Positions 12,301 to 24,266 of a DNA stretch of 46,869 bases are shown in pieces. The stretch lies in the NCBI RefSeq assembly GCF_000315625.1, contig NW_005434492.1, forward strand, positions 1 to 46,869, written 5' to 3'. How positions within the stretch are numbered: position 1 is the stretch's first letter; each line of letters starts with the position of its first letter. Position numbers and translations under genes: made by a program. The notes beneath the pieces are model-generated. The model was not told the origin of the DNA. It searched no databases and saw nothing but the letters and a program-made list of their open reading frames with translations. This DNA comes from Guillardia theta CCMP2712 (Eukaryota > Protista > Cryptophyta).

Positions 12301-12566
12301 CGCACCGTCTTCTTCGTATCCCTCAAACTCGATCATGTAGCCACTACCAGTTTTTCCCACAACATATCCCGGATACCACTGTATTCATCAAAGCTCATGG
12401 CAATGAATAATGAGTTCAAAGCTACCTCATCCTCATCGTAGAATCGAGCCATTACCCGTGCGCCAATCTCAAGCAGCTGTCCGTGATCATTTTCAAGGTA
12501 GTAGTCATCGTCGAATTCTTCCTCCGCCTCCGCCACCAATCCTCCTACGTTGCGATGTCGCGACAT
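9371..12566 (-). CDS. HBS1: HBS1-like translational GTPase (eRF3/eEF1A family) with an N-terminal Tudor domain
   Basis: Start MSRHRNV (HBS1-type). G1 [31 protein letters not shown]3 DAPGHKDF, G4 NKLD, and EF-Tu domains II/III ending [14 protein letters not shown]. Confidence 0.92.
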
Positions 12567-13220
12567 CCCCGTAGAGTTGAGAACAAAAGCGAAGAGGACA
12601 ACAACTCGAATCCAAGATGTAATCGTGTAAAACAAGATCCCTCCCTCCTCTCCTCTAACGCCTCTCTGCCATTTGGCCACGCAGAAACCACTCATGTAAC
12701 CGTACGGTAACTGTCATATTCCCAGTGCCGGATGGCCGACTCGGACCGAGACCGCCGGACTCGGCCGGGCCGGGCCCACAGCGCGAACCATCTGGACATG
12801 TGCTAGGTGACTGAAAATCATACCAAAACCAGTATTGAGTGAAAAAATTGTATTGAAGAGTTGGGAAAGTCAGAGGTGACATAAGTTGAGTGTCTCTTCG
12901 CATGTCCCGCAAGAGGAGCCTGGTGACCGAGCAGTGGGTTGCTATGGTTATGAATCGAAAGACAGACCATGAGGGAGCAAGCGATTAGTCGACCCCCCGA
13001 TGGGTGACCGTCCTGGTCTAGCAGAAGCTTGTGGGAATGTGGGAGGAAGCCCAGGACGTGGTTGCATGGAAAGAAGATGAGAGAGCCTGAAGTTAGAGTG
13101 CATTCACAACAACCCCAAAGTCGATATGAATCGGCAGACCGACTCTGCGAACTGGAAGGACCTCGCTCAGATAACAACTCAACCCAATTGTTGACGTTGA
13201 TGTCTTGCCAGGTATTGACC

Positions 13221-15758
13221 ATGCGGGCTGGAAGGACGGCAGTACTTGGAGGAGCGTTGTTCTCGGCCGCCCTCCTTGTGGTGGTCTATTCTACCCGCTT
13301 GGTATGCACTTATGACTGAGACATGGTTCTAACTTTTTGACCAGTACTTGTTTGGAAACAATCAGAAGTCGGTAATCTGAGCATGGTCGGGTGACATCCA
13401 TGACAATTTCATTTTTTCAGGAATCCTCAAATTTATTGCTTGAGGATGAGACATCAACAGACTTGTACTCTTCTGCAACCAAAAGCGAGCTGGCAATGAT
13501 CCTACATCTCTGGATTTCTATAGTTGACATATTAACTCCAGGAGGCAAGAATTCGAGAAATTTTAGCAAAAGAAAAGGTTTTGTTTCATGAGCTTTTTTC
13601 AGTCCTATTGAACAGTTGGAAACAGAGGCTGATGGAGAAAATTCGTAACCGCGTCAAGCAGCATCAACACGTCAAGATAAAGATCACAGCTGGACAGATT
13701 GGATCGAAGGGTCCTCCAGGACGGCGAGGTTACCCCGGCATACGCGGATTCCAGGTGTAGAGTGAGCAAAAGGATGAGAAGATATGAGTTAACCCGGTTC
13801 TTGACAGGGACCCCGTGGAGCGCCTGGGGCACGAGGACGGCGGGGCCCCCCAGGTGATGAAGGTCCGCCAGGCATTCAAGGCCCTAAGGGGATGGATGGC
13901 AAACCGGGTCCATCCGGAGCTCCAGGAGACACAGTGAGAGCTTTAAGCCGTGACGTGCTTAACTGGTCTCTCACATGTGAATGCAGGGGCTGCGCGGACC
14001 TCGAGGGCCAATAGGCAGGAGGGGCGTGGAGGGACCGAGAGGAGACGAAGGTCCCAAGGGAAAAGATGGGAAGCCTGGAGCTCCAGGCTTGCCTGGGCCT
14101 CAAGGCATGGCAGGCAAGGGGTTGGACGGTGAATTCCTGACGTTAGGCGCTGAGATGTCACATAGGAGCATCAGAACTTCAGGCGAAGCGAGGAAAGCAA
14201 GGACCGCCAGGTCCTCCAGGGCCGCCGGGACGAGATGGAGACGCGGTGTTGATATCATGCTTGTTGATTAGCTAATCATGAAGGCTAATGGATTCATAGG
14301 GTTTAAGAGGTGATAAGGGAGGAAGAGGAATGGCAGGTCAGGACGGCAGCCCTGGAAGAATCGGAGATGCGGGGCAATCAGGATTGAACGGGAAAAGTTT
14401 ATGCCAAGTATCCTCCAACACTGGCCAAAATCTTTGCTGTGGGGAAAGTGGCAAATTTGAGCAAGAGGGAGAGTCAATTTATGTCAACATTGACACTTCA
14501 AAATGCGAGTTTGCGACACAGCCAATATACTTCACAAGTTTATATGGAAAACACTCCAACGGACTGGTTTTCAGTGAGGACAATATTGTAGAAACAGAAA
14601 ATCATCGGGTTGACAAGAAACACCTCAAAGTTTACTTGAGAAGCAGAGAAACGTTGGACCTCGATGAAATACGATCGCATGGCTGGAGTCTCAAGTATCC
14701 TAATGGATGCTTTTTTCCGGTGTGAAACTCTGTGCACAGGTGGTGTGGAATGGGAATCAGCCTTGCAAATCGTCCGCAGAAGCTGAGCATGTGCTGCGGC
14801 AGCACAGATAGCTCAGAGTGGAAGGCTTGGAAGAGTGGCTTAAGCACTAGGGTTGATACATCCGGGTGCGTCCGAGAAGCAGGTGGTTGTTTTGACAGTT
14901 ACCTGACTTGATGCTCCAGATGCGATTTGAGCAATGTAGGGGATGCTTCTCAGGGAGCGCCATTTTACTTTGCTTCACTCTCGGACACTTCTTGCGGTTC
15001 TGAGCTGCGTTCGTCTGAGCATTGCGTAGCAAAGGTAGACTGCGAGATTCTCTTCTTCCCTTTGCCAACGTTTTGTCCATGATCGCTAGGTTTATGGGTT
15101 CAACGGGATCCATGCACCAACCAAGGACGGCTTCACAGTGAAGATCCAACCAGTAGCAGGGGAGCAGAGCCTATTATCATCCAATGCTAGGAAAGATGGA
15201 TGGAAGCTGAATTGGTGTGCCGTGAGCGAGGTGCCACATTCCTACTCCCGTCAAGAGGGATTTCCATGTAACTCATCATCTTCTGGTCACACCTCGTATT
15301 TCTGACGCTCTGGCTACTTAGGTACGAATCCAAGAGTGCTGGCTGGTAATGGCAAGCAACACACCCTATCCAACTTCGGTCAGATATGTTGCGGGCAGAG
15401 CAGGTGACACCCCATGCAATGGTTGCTCGGTTCACCAACATCTCGACGCAGCACGTCATCGTGGGAGGGAGCAGGGTCAGTTGCTATCAAGTCGAAGATT
15501 GATACCTCCTCGTGCAAGTTCGAGAAATCTTCATTCGTACTGACCAACATCCGAGGGGAGGGCCCCGTGGATCGTGTCTCCGGTACCACTGCCTGGTCCC
15601 ACACAAACAAGGAGAATGAGCTGACGTGAGTCACGTTGATGGACGTAAAGAGTACTGACAACGACTACAGGGTCTATGCCTACACGCGTGGTAAGTACAA
15701 GTTCTACAACGCACAGCAATACAATTGGCAGATTCAGTGGTGCGCTATTGGCAAGTGA
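13221..15758 (+). CDS. type II membrane/secreted collagen-like protein with three C-terminal repeat domains
   Basis: N-terminal hydrophobic anchor [23 protein letters not shown]. About 50 Gly-X-Y triplets across 5 exons (13700-14400). Three repeats of CCG...IDTSxC...YFxSL.G...WxxxWC follow, ending [10 protein letters not shown]. Confidence 0.85.
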
Positions 15759-15869
15759 AGCAACGGTGTTTCATATCGATCAATTGACCTTTACACGCGA
15801 CAACGACGAACATTTTGAAATAAGATTTCAGAAATCCGATCGATTAAAAATCCACTTGCAATCATCTTT

Positions 15870-16686
15870 TCACATTTGCGGCGAAGGGCTTTGCCTACGA
15901 TCTCCTCCTCCTTGCATAACTATCTCAAACGAAGCCATGCTTAAGGTTTTGACGAACCCATGCGCTCATGCCATTACTGCTTTCCATTACTTTCATCTGC
16001 ACATCAAATCATTTCAGCTAAAAGCGGGGCGTATAAACTTTCTTTTGATGATGCCTCGCACGGACGAATTCGAGCAACAGGTCTCGCACATCTGGAGGCT
16101 CTTTAGAACACTCAGAGCCTCAAGCTCTGCGATCTAGGAAAACCTGTGTCGGACCCTGTCGCGCGGCAATCACGAGACAGTTGCCGAAAGAGCGTGTGAA
16201 CCTCGGCCCGGTCATAGTTCAGGAGCCGCTATAGTCTCTTGTAAACTTGAGATGGAGCATGAGATCAAGAAACCTTGAGAGCTTGCGTCCCTTTTACTTC
16301 ACTGCTTCTCCCTTTCATTTGCTTTAGTCGCAGGCTCAAAACTATCTATGCTCGCTATACCTCCATCCTTCAGCCGCTTTCGGACAACGGACTTCAGACA
16401 ACAAAGAAAATCTCAGAAAGTCCGTAGGATATGCATAATGTGCACCTGATCGTTGATGGGCGAGCCTCGATCACTCACGCTCCGCTCTTTCAACGCCCTG
16501 GACCTTCTCTTGTCCCCCTTGAGTTTTCTGTGACTTAACGACACAGGGAAGGGGCGGCTCGCTAACCAGTGGGTTGGGAGGAGGTGATGGTTCAGGAGAA
16601 GCTTCTCGCATGCGCTCTTGCGAAATTTCGAAGAAGCGGCCCCATGGCACCTTGATCAAGCCGCTGCTCCCTCCTTCTCCGGCCAT
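15870..16686 (-). CDS. possible small multi-exon hypothetical protein
   Basis: ORF MAGEGGSSGLIKVPWGRFFEISQERMREASPEP is followed by short GT..AG-bounded segments. I could not build a clean spliced model. Confidence 0.25.
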
Positions 16687-16778
16687 TCCGCTCTTACTTG
16701 CACTACCCTACCACCCCACTTCCACCCTGACCACCCCACCCCTCACGAAGTTGGATTCCTCTATCAACGGACTACCCG

Positions 16779-18446
16779 ATGGGGAATGGCAGGGGTTGCC
16801 TAGTCGTGGATGGCAGGGGCCGCGTGATCATAGCGTGTGGATGCGGAAGAGAAGATGTCCCCTTCATCCCATCCAGACTTGCCCGCCTTCTCATCGCTGT
16901 TTCAGGCCTTGCAGGACGGGAAGTATGCTCTCAGGCTGAGATCGCAGGCCTTAGAGTAGAAATCGTAATGAGGAAACAATTCATGGTAGTTCTGATCCCG
17001 TACAGTCAGGGACAAGTGATTATGAACATAGAAGCGCTTCATATCGCACACATGCTGGAGCTGATGTACAAGAGTTACTTTGAGAGAGAACAAGACGTTC
17101 GTGAGGATAACGGCTACTGCGCTCAAACAGAGCTGAGCGATCAGATTGAACTTGAGGTCAGTGACAACGCGCAGACTCTTCCAGCTTTCCTCGAGTTTCA
17201 AAATTCATATCTAGCAAACACTCTGCTGGAAGAGCCAGCCTGCAAGAAGTGGCTGCTCCCCCTTGCAAACTTGGAGTGGATATTTCAAGTCGATCTCATA
17301 TCTGCTGAATGTTCACAAAGATTTTTGACATTAAACGGCCCAGAGCACAAAGATGGCATGTGCAGTATCTGCAAAGCAACCACATGCAGCACAAAGTTTT
17401 GGTCGCACGTGTTTGACAAGGTCTTGGCATTGACGGTGGACTCGAAGAGAAGCATTCAACCCTTTCAGTGGAACTTACCGACCCATCACGACCACGAGCT
17501 TAGCATCTTCTTGCAGCCCGTTGAAGCTCGCGCGTGTGGGTTCTCTTTGTGTCTGGTCGTGTTGATGATGCAGGGAGACCTCTGGGCTCTTGATAGGAAA
17601 GCCGCCAAGGTTGACAGTAGGAATCACGATCTCTACAGCCGCCTCCAAGAGAGGATGGAGGTGGTAGCGGACGCCATCGCCGTGGCTTTCCCTTCCTCTT
17701 TCGGGGTCGATGACGAGAGATTATTGTCAAGCCACAAGATTCTCATGCCAGTCCCTCCCAAGCGGCAGAAGAGCAAGGATGCGACAGGATTGAGCAGCAA
17801 CCCCTTCCGCGCTCGTCATCTCAAAGAGCCGCACCCCGCGATGAAAGGCGATGATGGCGAAGCATTAGCTGTACATGCCAGTCAGGAGCTCCGACCAGAC
17901 ATAGAGAAGCGCGCGAGGGAGCAAGACAAGGTATTTGTAGTCCTTCATGTTGGTTCGGTGACTCGGTGGTCAAGGTTGCGGGAGCAGTAGCGGGCGAGCG
18001 GTCACAAACCTTACGATCCTCGAGGCTGTGGCAGGACTTTGGGTTCACGTCGCCACGAAAGCAAGACGTTCAGTCAGACACAAGGTGAGGCCTTCAGCCG
18101 CACCATCACCTCCTCCTCCTCTCCGTCATCATATCACCATCACCGCCTTCTCTATGTTACCACCAACTGCACCTGTTTGTCCTCCTCCTGCTTCTGCATG
18201 GTGAGAGATTCTTGTCCCAGCCCCTTCGACCTTGTCGAGCTCTATAAGGGAACTCCCGAGAAGTCTCGTCGCACGCACAGTTTGCGATCACCTCAAGCCG
18301 AAGAGATCGAGTCCTCGAGGGAGGTTGGGGGCAGCGACTCTCTGACTTTGCCAATGGACCTCGAGCAGTCCAAGGAGGAAGACGCTGCTGTGCTTGTGTC
18401 ACCTGCTACCAATCTCTCGAAGAACCTTGACAACATCATGCTGTAG
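16779..18446 (+). CDS. hypothetical protein
   Basis: 403-codon open frame plus two downstream exons ending NLSKNLDNIML*. Contains a CxxC (CSICK) and a basic patch (PPKRQKSK). No family recognised; the true start may be at 16968. Confidence 0.6.
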
Positions 18447-18702
18447 CGACATATTCTATCCTCATCCCCGTTTGAACTCTAGCGCTCTCCACTAGATCTC
18501 CTTTTTTGCCTTTTGACTTGCTAACTTTCTGTCTCCATCTAGATTTTTTCCCGTGTTACATTCCAGAGAATTTGTGTATATTAGTTCGATTTCTTCCTGT
18601 TGAAATTACATAGGCCTGAATTAGTCTTGCTGACTCCGAGTCATCAAGCATCCAAGCGCAGCGGAAGTTAGGTTTCCTTGCTCCATCGATGAGGGCCCAG
18701 GG

Positions 18703-21700
18703 TCAGCTCTTCTGGTGATCGCTCTCGAGGATGATAGGGTCAACCTGCCTCTACCTCACCTCTTGCTCACCTCCTGCATCTCAACGCACCTTCCAGATGT
18801 CTTCCGCGTATTGCCTTATGGTGTTGTCGCTGCTGAATTTCGCCATCCCAGCACAGCACAAGATCGACTTTCTCGTCCATTCCTCGGGCTGTTGCCAAGT
18901 CCTTGAGAGCAATCAAAGTCAAGTCGGGCTGGTCATCGAGTGCAGAAGGTCCACCTGTCAACCCGTGCCTGGGCTTCCAAATACGAGCCGAAGTCAACGC
19001 CCACGAGGTACTGATCCCTCTCGCTCCTCAAGGACTGTCGGGGTCAAGATAAGCAGGAGGACTTGAGGGTGCGAGGGAGGGAGGAAGTGTGAAGATGATT
19101 CAGCATCATACCTCGAGAAGGTCCTCGAACTGACTTGGGGGACCAAAGTCGCCTTCCCGGATTCTCGACAACTTGACAACCTGTCACAAGACAAGAAAGG
19201 AGAAGAGTAACTCACGGCATTGTAAAATCTCGGGTCCACACTCCAGCTGCAACATTGATTTCTCTGTTCCTTTCGGATCTACGAGCCAAACGAGTCACAA
19301 GCCAACACAGTCAAGATCAGTCCCACCCTCTCAACGTCTTGGGCTCGACTTCCGAAGATGAAGACGTTGTCCTCCCCGACCTACTGTCATCGTCACCCTG
19401 GCAACTCCTCACCCGAATCCCTTCCATCACCTCGCGTCGAATCTCTGCCGTAGCGCCGTCGAGAGTGGCCAACAACAAGCATCCGTTCATTGCAAACTTC
19501 ATGTTGCTCGTGCCTGAAATGGCTCATGACAAGGAGGTGCGAAGGATAACTTCCACGTACCACTGGCCTCAGTCCCAGCAGTTGAGAGATGCTGAAGAAA
19601 CACAACAGATTACATCACGACCACCAACAGCCTTTGGTTGAAACTCGCTGATGTACCTGACTGATGTCAGAACCGGGGATGATGATCTCTGCAAGCTTGA
19701 CGTTGTAGTTCGGTATGAAAACAACCTTGGCGGAATCTCAGCCAGGTAGAAGTAAACAATCAATCATAAAGCACCTTGAGGAATTGATTGGTATCCTTGT
19801 CTGCGTTGACAACTTTGGCAACGTGCAGTATTAGCTTCAGAACAAGCTGTCGATGTTCATCAGGTGTGAGTGACCGCATCTTTGACCTCACCTTCGCCAT
19901 GTAATATCCCGGTGCCGCTTTCCCGCCTAGGATGAAAGCGCGAGGAACGACAGCTCCTGAATGTACCCACCCGTCAGACACCTCTCCTGCCACGCGTCAT
20001 GCCGCACCCAACAGCCCGGGCGCGTCTCGCCGCATGCGTTTCAGCTCCGAGTACCGATGAATGATCCCAACAACGTTGAGGAGCTGCCGTTTGTACTCAT
20101 GGATTCGTTTCACCTGCCATTGAATTCGTCGCTTTCGCAGCAGCAACACATCTTATCACCTGTACGTCGTAAAGCATGTCGAGGTCGAGTTTGACCCCGC
20201 ATTCCTTGTCAATCAGCATAGCTAAACGCTGCTTATTTCCTCGCTTCACGGCACGCCATTGCTCTTGCAGCTTGGAATCATTGCAAGTACTTCTCAGACG
20301 TCGCAGCAGGGACATATCCCAACACCAGGAGTCTGACGCGCATGCCAAGGACAAAAGTTTTGACAAGGCAGGGTTGGCCTGCTGCAACCATCGCCTCGGG
20401 GTAACACCATTCGTTTTGTTTTGAAACTTGTGATCCCATAGCTCGTAAAAGACCCTGAAAAGACCTTGCTTCAAGATCTCCGTATGCATTTCTGCAACCC
20501 CGTTGACATATTTTGAGCCCACGATGGCCAGGTGTGTCATCCTGACAAGCTTTTCTCCGTTGACACCATCCTTTCCAGCTCCAGGCTCCTCTATGATGGA
20601 CATCGCTGCAAGTCTGCTTGTTTCATCCGGCCAGCGCAGGCTGACTAGCTGGAGAAATCGGTGATTTATTTCCCAGATGAGTTGCATGTGCCTTGGAATT
20701 AGACGTTCGATCATGCTCACACTCCATTTCTCCAACGCTTCAGGCAGCACGGTGTGATTGGTGTAATTGAAGATGTTGGTCGTTATGTCCCATGCCTGAT
20801 CCCACGGCAGGTCCTCCTCGTCTAGGAGGATGCGGAGCAGCTCAACAATGCCCAGCGCCGGGTGAGTGTCGTTGAGTTGGATGCAGACATGCTTTGCAAG
20901 GTCAATGATAGACTCTTGTGTCTTGCTAAATCTCGCCAGGATGTCACGGATAGTGGCAGCGACAAGGAAGTACTGCTGCTTGAGCCGGAGCTCTTTCCCG
21001 CTGTAGGAAGAATCGTTGGGATATAGCACTGAAGTGATGTTTTCACTCCTTTGTCGCGCGTCGAGAGCTCCCTGGTAATCTCCTTCATTGAAAAGTTCCA
21101 TGTCAAGTTGGCGTGTCGGCCTAGAAGCCCATAGCCTCAGGTTCAACGTGTTTCTCGTTCTATGACCAGGAATCAGGTTGTCGTAAGCGACTGCCTGTAC
21201 CAAATCTCCTCCTTCCCAGCAAGACTTGATCCTCCCATTCACTTGTACCAAGTTTACATGTCCGTAGAATCGAATCGAATACTGCACGTCAAGCCTTTCA
21301 ACCTCCCATGGATTCCCGTCGGTCAACCAGCAGTCGGGAAGTTCAATCTGGCTATCGTTGTGGATTCTCTGTCAAACGTTCATTCGAGGATAGACAAGAG
21401 GGTATTGCTGCAAACCTGCTCGAAGAGGCCATAAGAGTACCTCAGGCCATACCCCCATGCGGGATAATTGAGTGTCGCCAAAGAGTCCATGAAGCACGCA
21501 GCAAGTCTGCCGAGGCCTCCATTGCCAAGTGCCGCGTCCTTTTCCTGAACATGAAGGAATTTTACTATCGTGCTCGAAGAAGAGAATTGAACGGCACAAC
21601 CTCCTCATACAGTTCTTCCAGTTGAAACCCCAGCTCATCGAGAGCTTCGCTATACTTGCCCACCAAGCCCAAGCTACAAAAGCATGAAAAGATTGAACTC

Positions 21701-22417
21701 GCAAGCCAAAGATGAAACACAGCACCTGTGAACACAGTTCGACAATGTTCGACCCATCAAAAACTCGAGTGAAAGGTAATAGACTCTCCGTGCTCGCACA
21801 TCATCAAAGAGCTATGTTGGCAGTCAGCACAGTCTCAAAAACTCTTATACATGCATCACTTGTTCAGTATCATTGAACCTTTCAACCATCCTATCTCGAA
21901 GCGAGTGCGCTGTAGCCTGCACTTTTAGTGAGACATCGATGGAAGCAAACAATAATGTACAAATGATACAGAAATGATTTGTGTGATTCAGTACCTGGAA
22001 AGCATGCTTTTTCGCAAAGTTGAGTCTAGTACATGCCAGAGTGTATTCCACATGCCTTACTATCTCTCTTTGAATCGAGACTTTATCCTCCGGAATACAT
22101 TCCGACATGAGCCTCCATAAGAGATCAAATCGTCCGGTGGAACAGTGTTGTTGAATGTTCTCAAAGCTCGGCAATCTTCGCTTTGCTGCCTCTTGCAAGC
22201 TCGAGTCTCGTTTAGTTCGATCATCCTGTTGCGCTTGTGGATGGGACGAGGCCCTTGGAAACGGACCTCCCTTCCAAGGTATGTGATCCACCTCTTCCTC
22301 ATCCGAATCCACTAGGTGGGTCCTCGAGCCTCCTACATCTTGATTGGACGCGTTTCTGCTCAATCCCGACCAGCTCTGAAAGGAATCATCGAGGTCAAGA
22401 ACGTCTTCTGCTGACAT
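18703..22417 (-). CDS. PYG: alpha-1,4-glucan (glycogen/starch) phosphorylase, GT35
   Basis: Motifs [70 protein letters not shown], the PLP-lysine motif [14 protein letters not shown], and [15 protein letters not shown]. Confidence 0.97.
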
Positions 22418-22734
22418 GGCCACGTTCAATCCTTCTTCCTTTCATGCAAGTTGCCTCGCGATTCCGGAAATTCATAGTAGGATATCCAAGCTTTGCATGA
22501 TTCTAACACTTCAATTTGAAAGTGTTAGGACGTTGTCATGAAAACGACAATCCACATTCAATGCAAGGCATCATCATCCTCTATCAACGTGCAAGAGTCT
22601 AAGCTGCTATAGTATTCAATTCAAAGACGTGGTCAAGAGCAGAGCAAAAATACATTGCAAGATCCGCTAGAGTTGACTTATTTTCTCATCGAACAAAGAG
22701 GTGTTTATCATAAGTCTATGCCCTTTTTTAACCA

Positions 22735-22885
22735 TCTTCTCTCCCCTTCTTATCTCTCCTCCTCTCTTTCCTCTCTTTCCACCTTTCTTTCCTTCTCTGT
22801 CTGTCTGTCTGTCTCTGTCTCTGCCTGTCTCTGTCTCACTCACTCACTCACTCACTCTGTCTTTCTGTCTCTCTCTGTCTCTCTG

Positions 22886-22917
<32 letters not shown>

Positions 22918-23045
22918 CATCTCTCCCCCCCCCCCACCCCCCCCTCTCTCTCTCCCTCTCTCCCTCTTCCTCCCTCCCTCTCTCCCACTCCCTCTCTCCC
23001 TACTCTTTTCCTCCTCCTCCTCCTCCTCCTCTTCCTCGTCTTCCG
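22735..23045. repeat. compound pyrimidine-rich microsatellite ((CT)n, (CTGT)n, (CACT)n, poly-C, (CCT)n)
   Basis: Seen directly in the sequence. Confidence 0.9.
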
Positions 23046-23184
23046 AGGAAACTTCATGCATTGCAGCACGATGAATCCGATCCCTTCTCAGCGGACATTG
23101 GCAAGGAGTCGTTGTGGGAACTGCTACAGATCTGCAACGATATCTATCGTGCACTCGCGTATCATATCTGATACACCGTGACTG

Positions 23185-24050
23185 CACTCACTGAGTCAGT
23201 GAGGCTCCGAAGTTGCCGGCCCGCCTGGGACTCGTGGCGGCCGGGCTCTCAGTCCGACATCTAGGCTATGGTCGGCGGTCATTCAGTCTGACCGAGCCTG
23301 AGATGACCGGCCCGGCCCGGCCGGGTTACCCGACGGCACGGAGCGCCGGCGGCGCCGCCCCGGCGGAGGCCCGGCCGCCGGGCGGCCGCCACCGCGGCCC
23401 CGGCCGGCGGCCCCCGGCGACTGCCAGTCCTGGAGTCGGATCCGCGGCTTCGGAACCGTAAACCGCCGGGCGAGTCGGAGTCGGCGCACTGCGGCACTTC
23501 TTACATCGTGACGCTGCTTGAATTTTAATTTTAACTTTGACTGAGTAAAACTGAGACTGAACGCCTGAGTTAAAGTCTAGGCGGTTCAACGGTTGCCAGG
23601 CTTCTCTGACAGTGAGCTCGGAGCCTGTGAGTCCCGTCCGGGCCCGGGCCGGCGGCCAGCGGCAGCCTGGACTGTCCGCCGGAACAGAGTCAAGTTCTCT
23701 GAGCACTGTGACGGTTCCGACGCACTCTCCTGATTGTCCTCGTACTGATTTTCAAGTAACTTGACCGTTATTTTTGAGCCTGGCCAGTGCCAGCCTGCTC
23801 TCGTTTTCTTTTCTGAAAGTTCTCGCCGTGTGGCCTGTGCGACAGTGTCACTGAGGCCCGGTCAAGCCTCCTCGCCGTCGACTCTCCTGATTGTCCTCGT
23901 TCTGACTCGATTTTTAACCCGGTTAACTTTGCCGGCCCAGGCATGATTGACCGGGCCGCTGCGGCCGGGCCGCCGCCGAAGGAACTTCGGAATGCCAGAC
24001 GCATACCGGAACGCACCCGCGATGATTGCAGCCGGCGGGAGGCCTTGAGC
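23185..24050. repeat. GC-rich palindrome-laden intergenic island, possibly a degenerate repeat element
   Basis: Dense GGCC/CCGG/GCGGCCGC motifs. The 20-bp direct repeat ACTCTCCTGATTGTCCTCGT occurs at ~23723 and 23881. No convincing ORF. Confidence 0.45.
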
Positions 24051-24266
24051 TGATGAAAGATCCTGGACCCGGACGAGGAGGAGGAAGAGAAGTTGGAGGT
24101 AGTCCTGCATGGAGGAGCGGGAAGTTTGGAACAACGAAAGATTCAATCAAAATTGACAAAAATTAAGAAAGGTTCAGGAACCTTGTGAGTTCTTGAATGT
24201 GCTCTTACGAGACTTCTGCTCAATAATGTACACATTGGCCATCGCATCTTGTGAATCCATCTTCAT

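Noticed and set aside
22655-23187. S/L-rich and E/R-rich ORFs
   Set aside because: Artefacts of the CT microsatellite.
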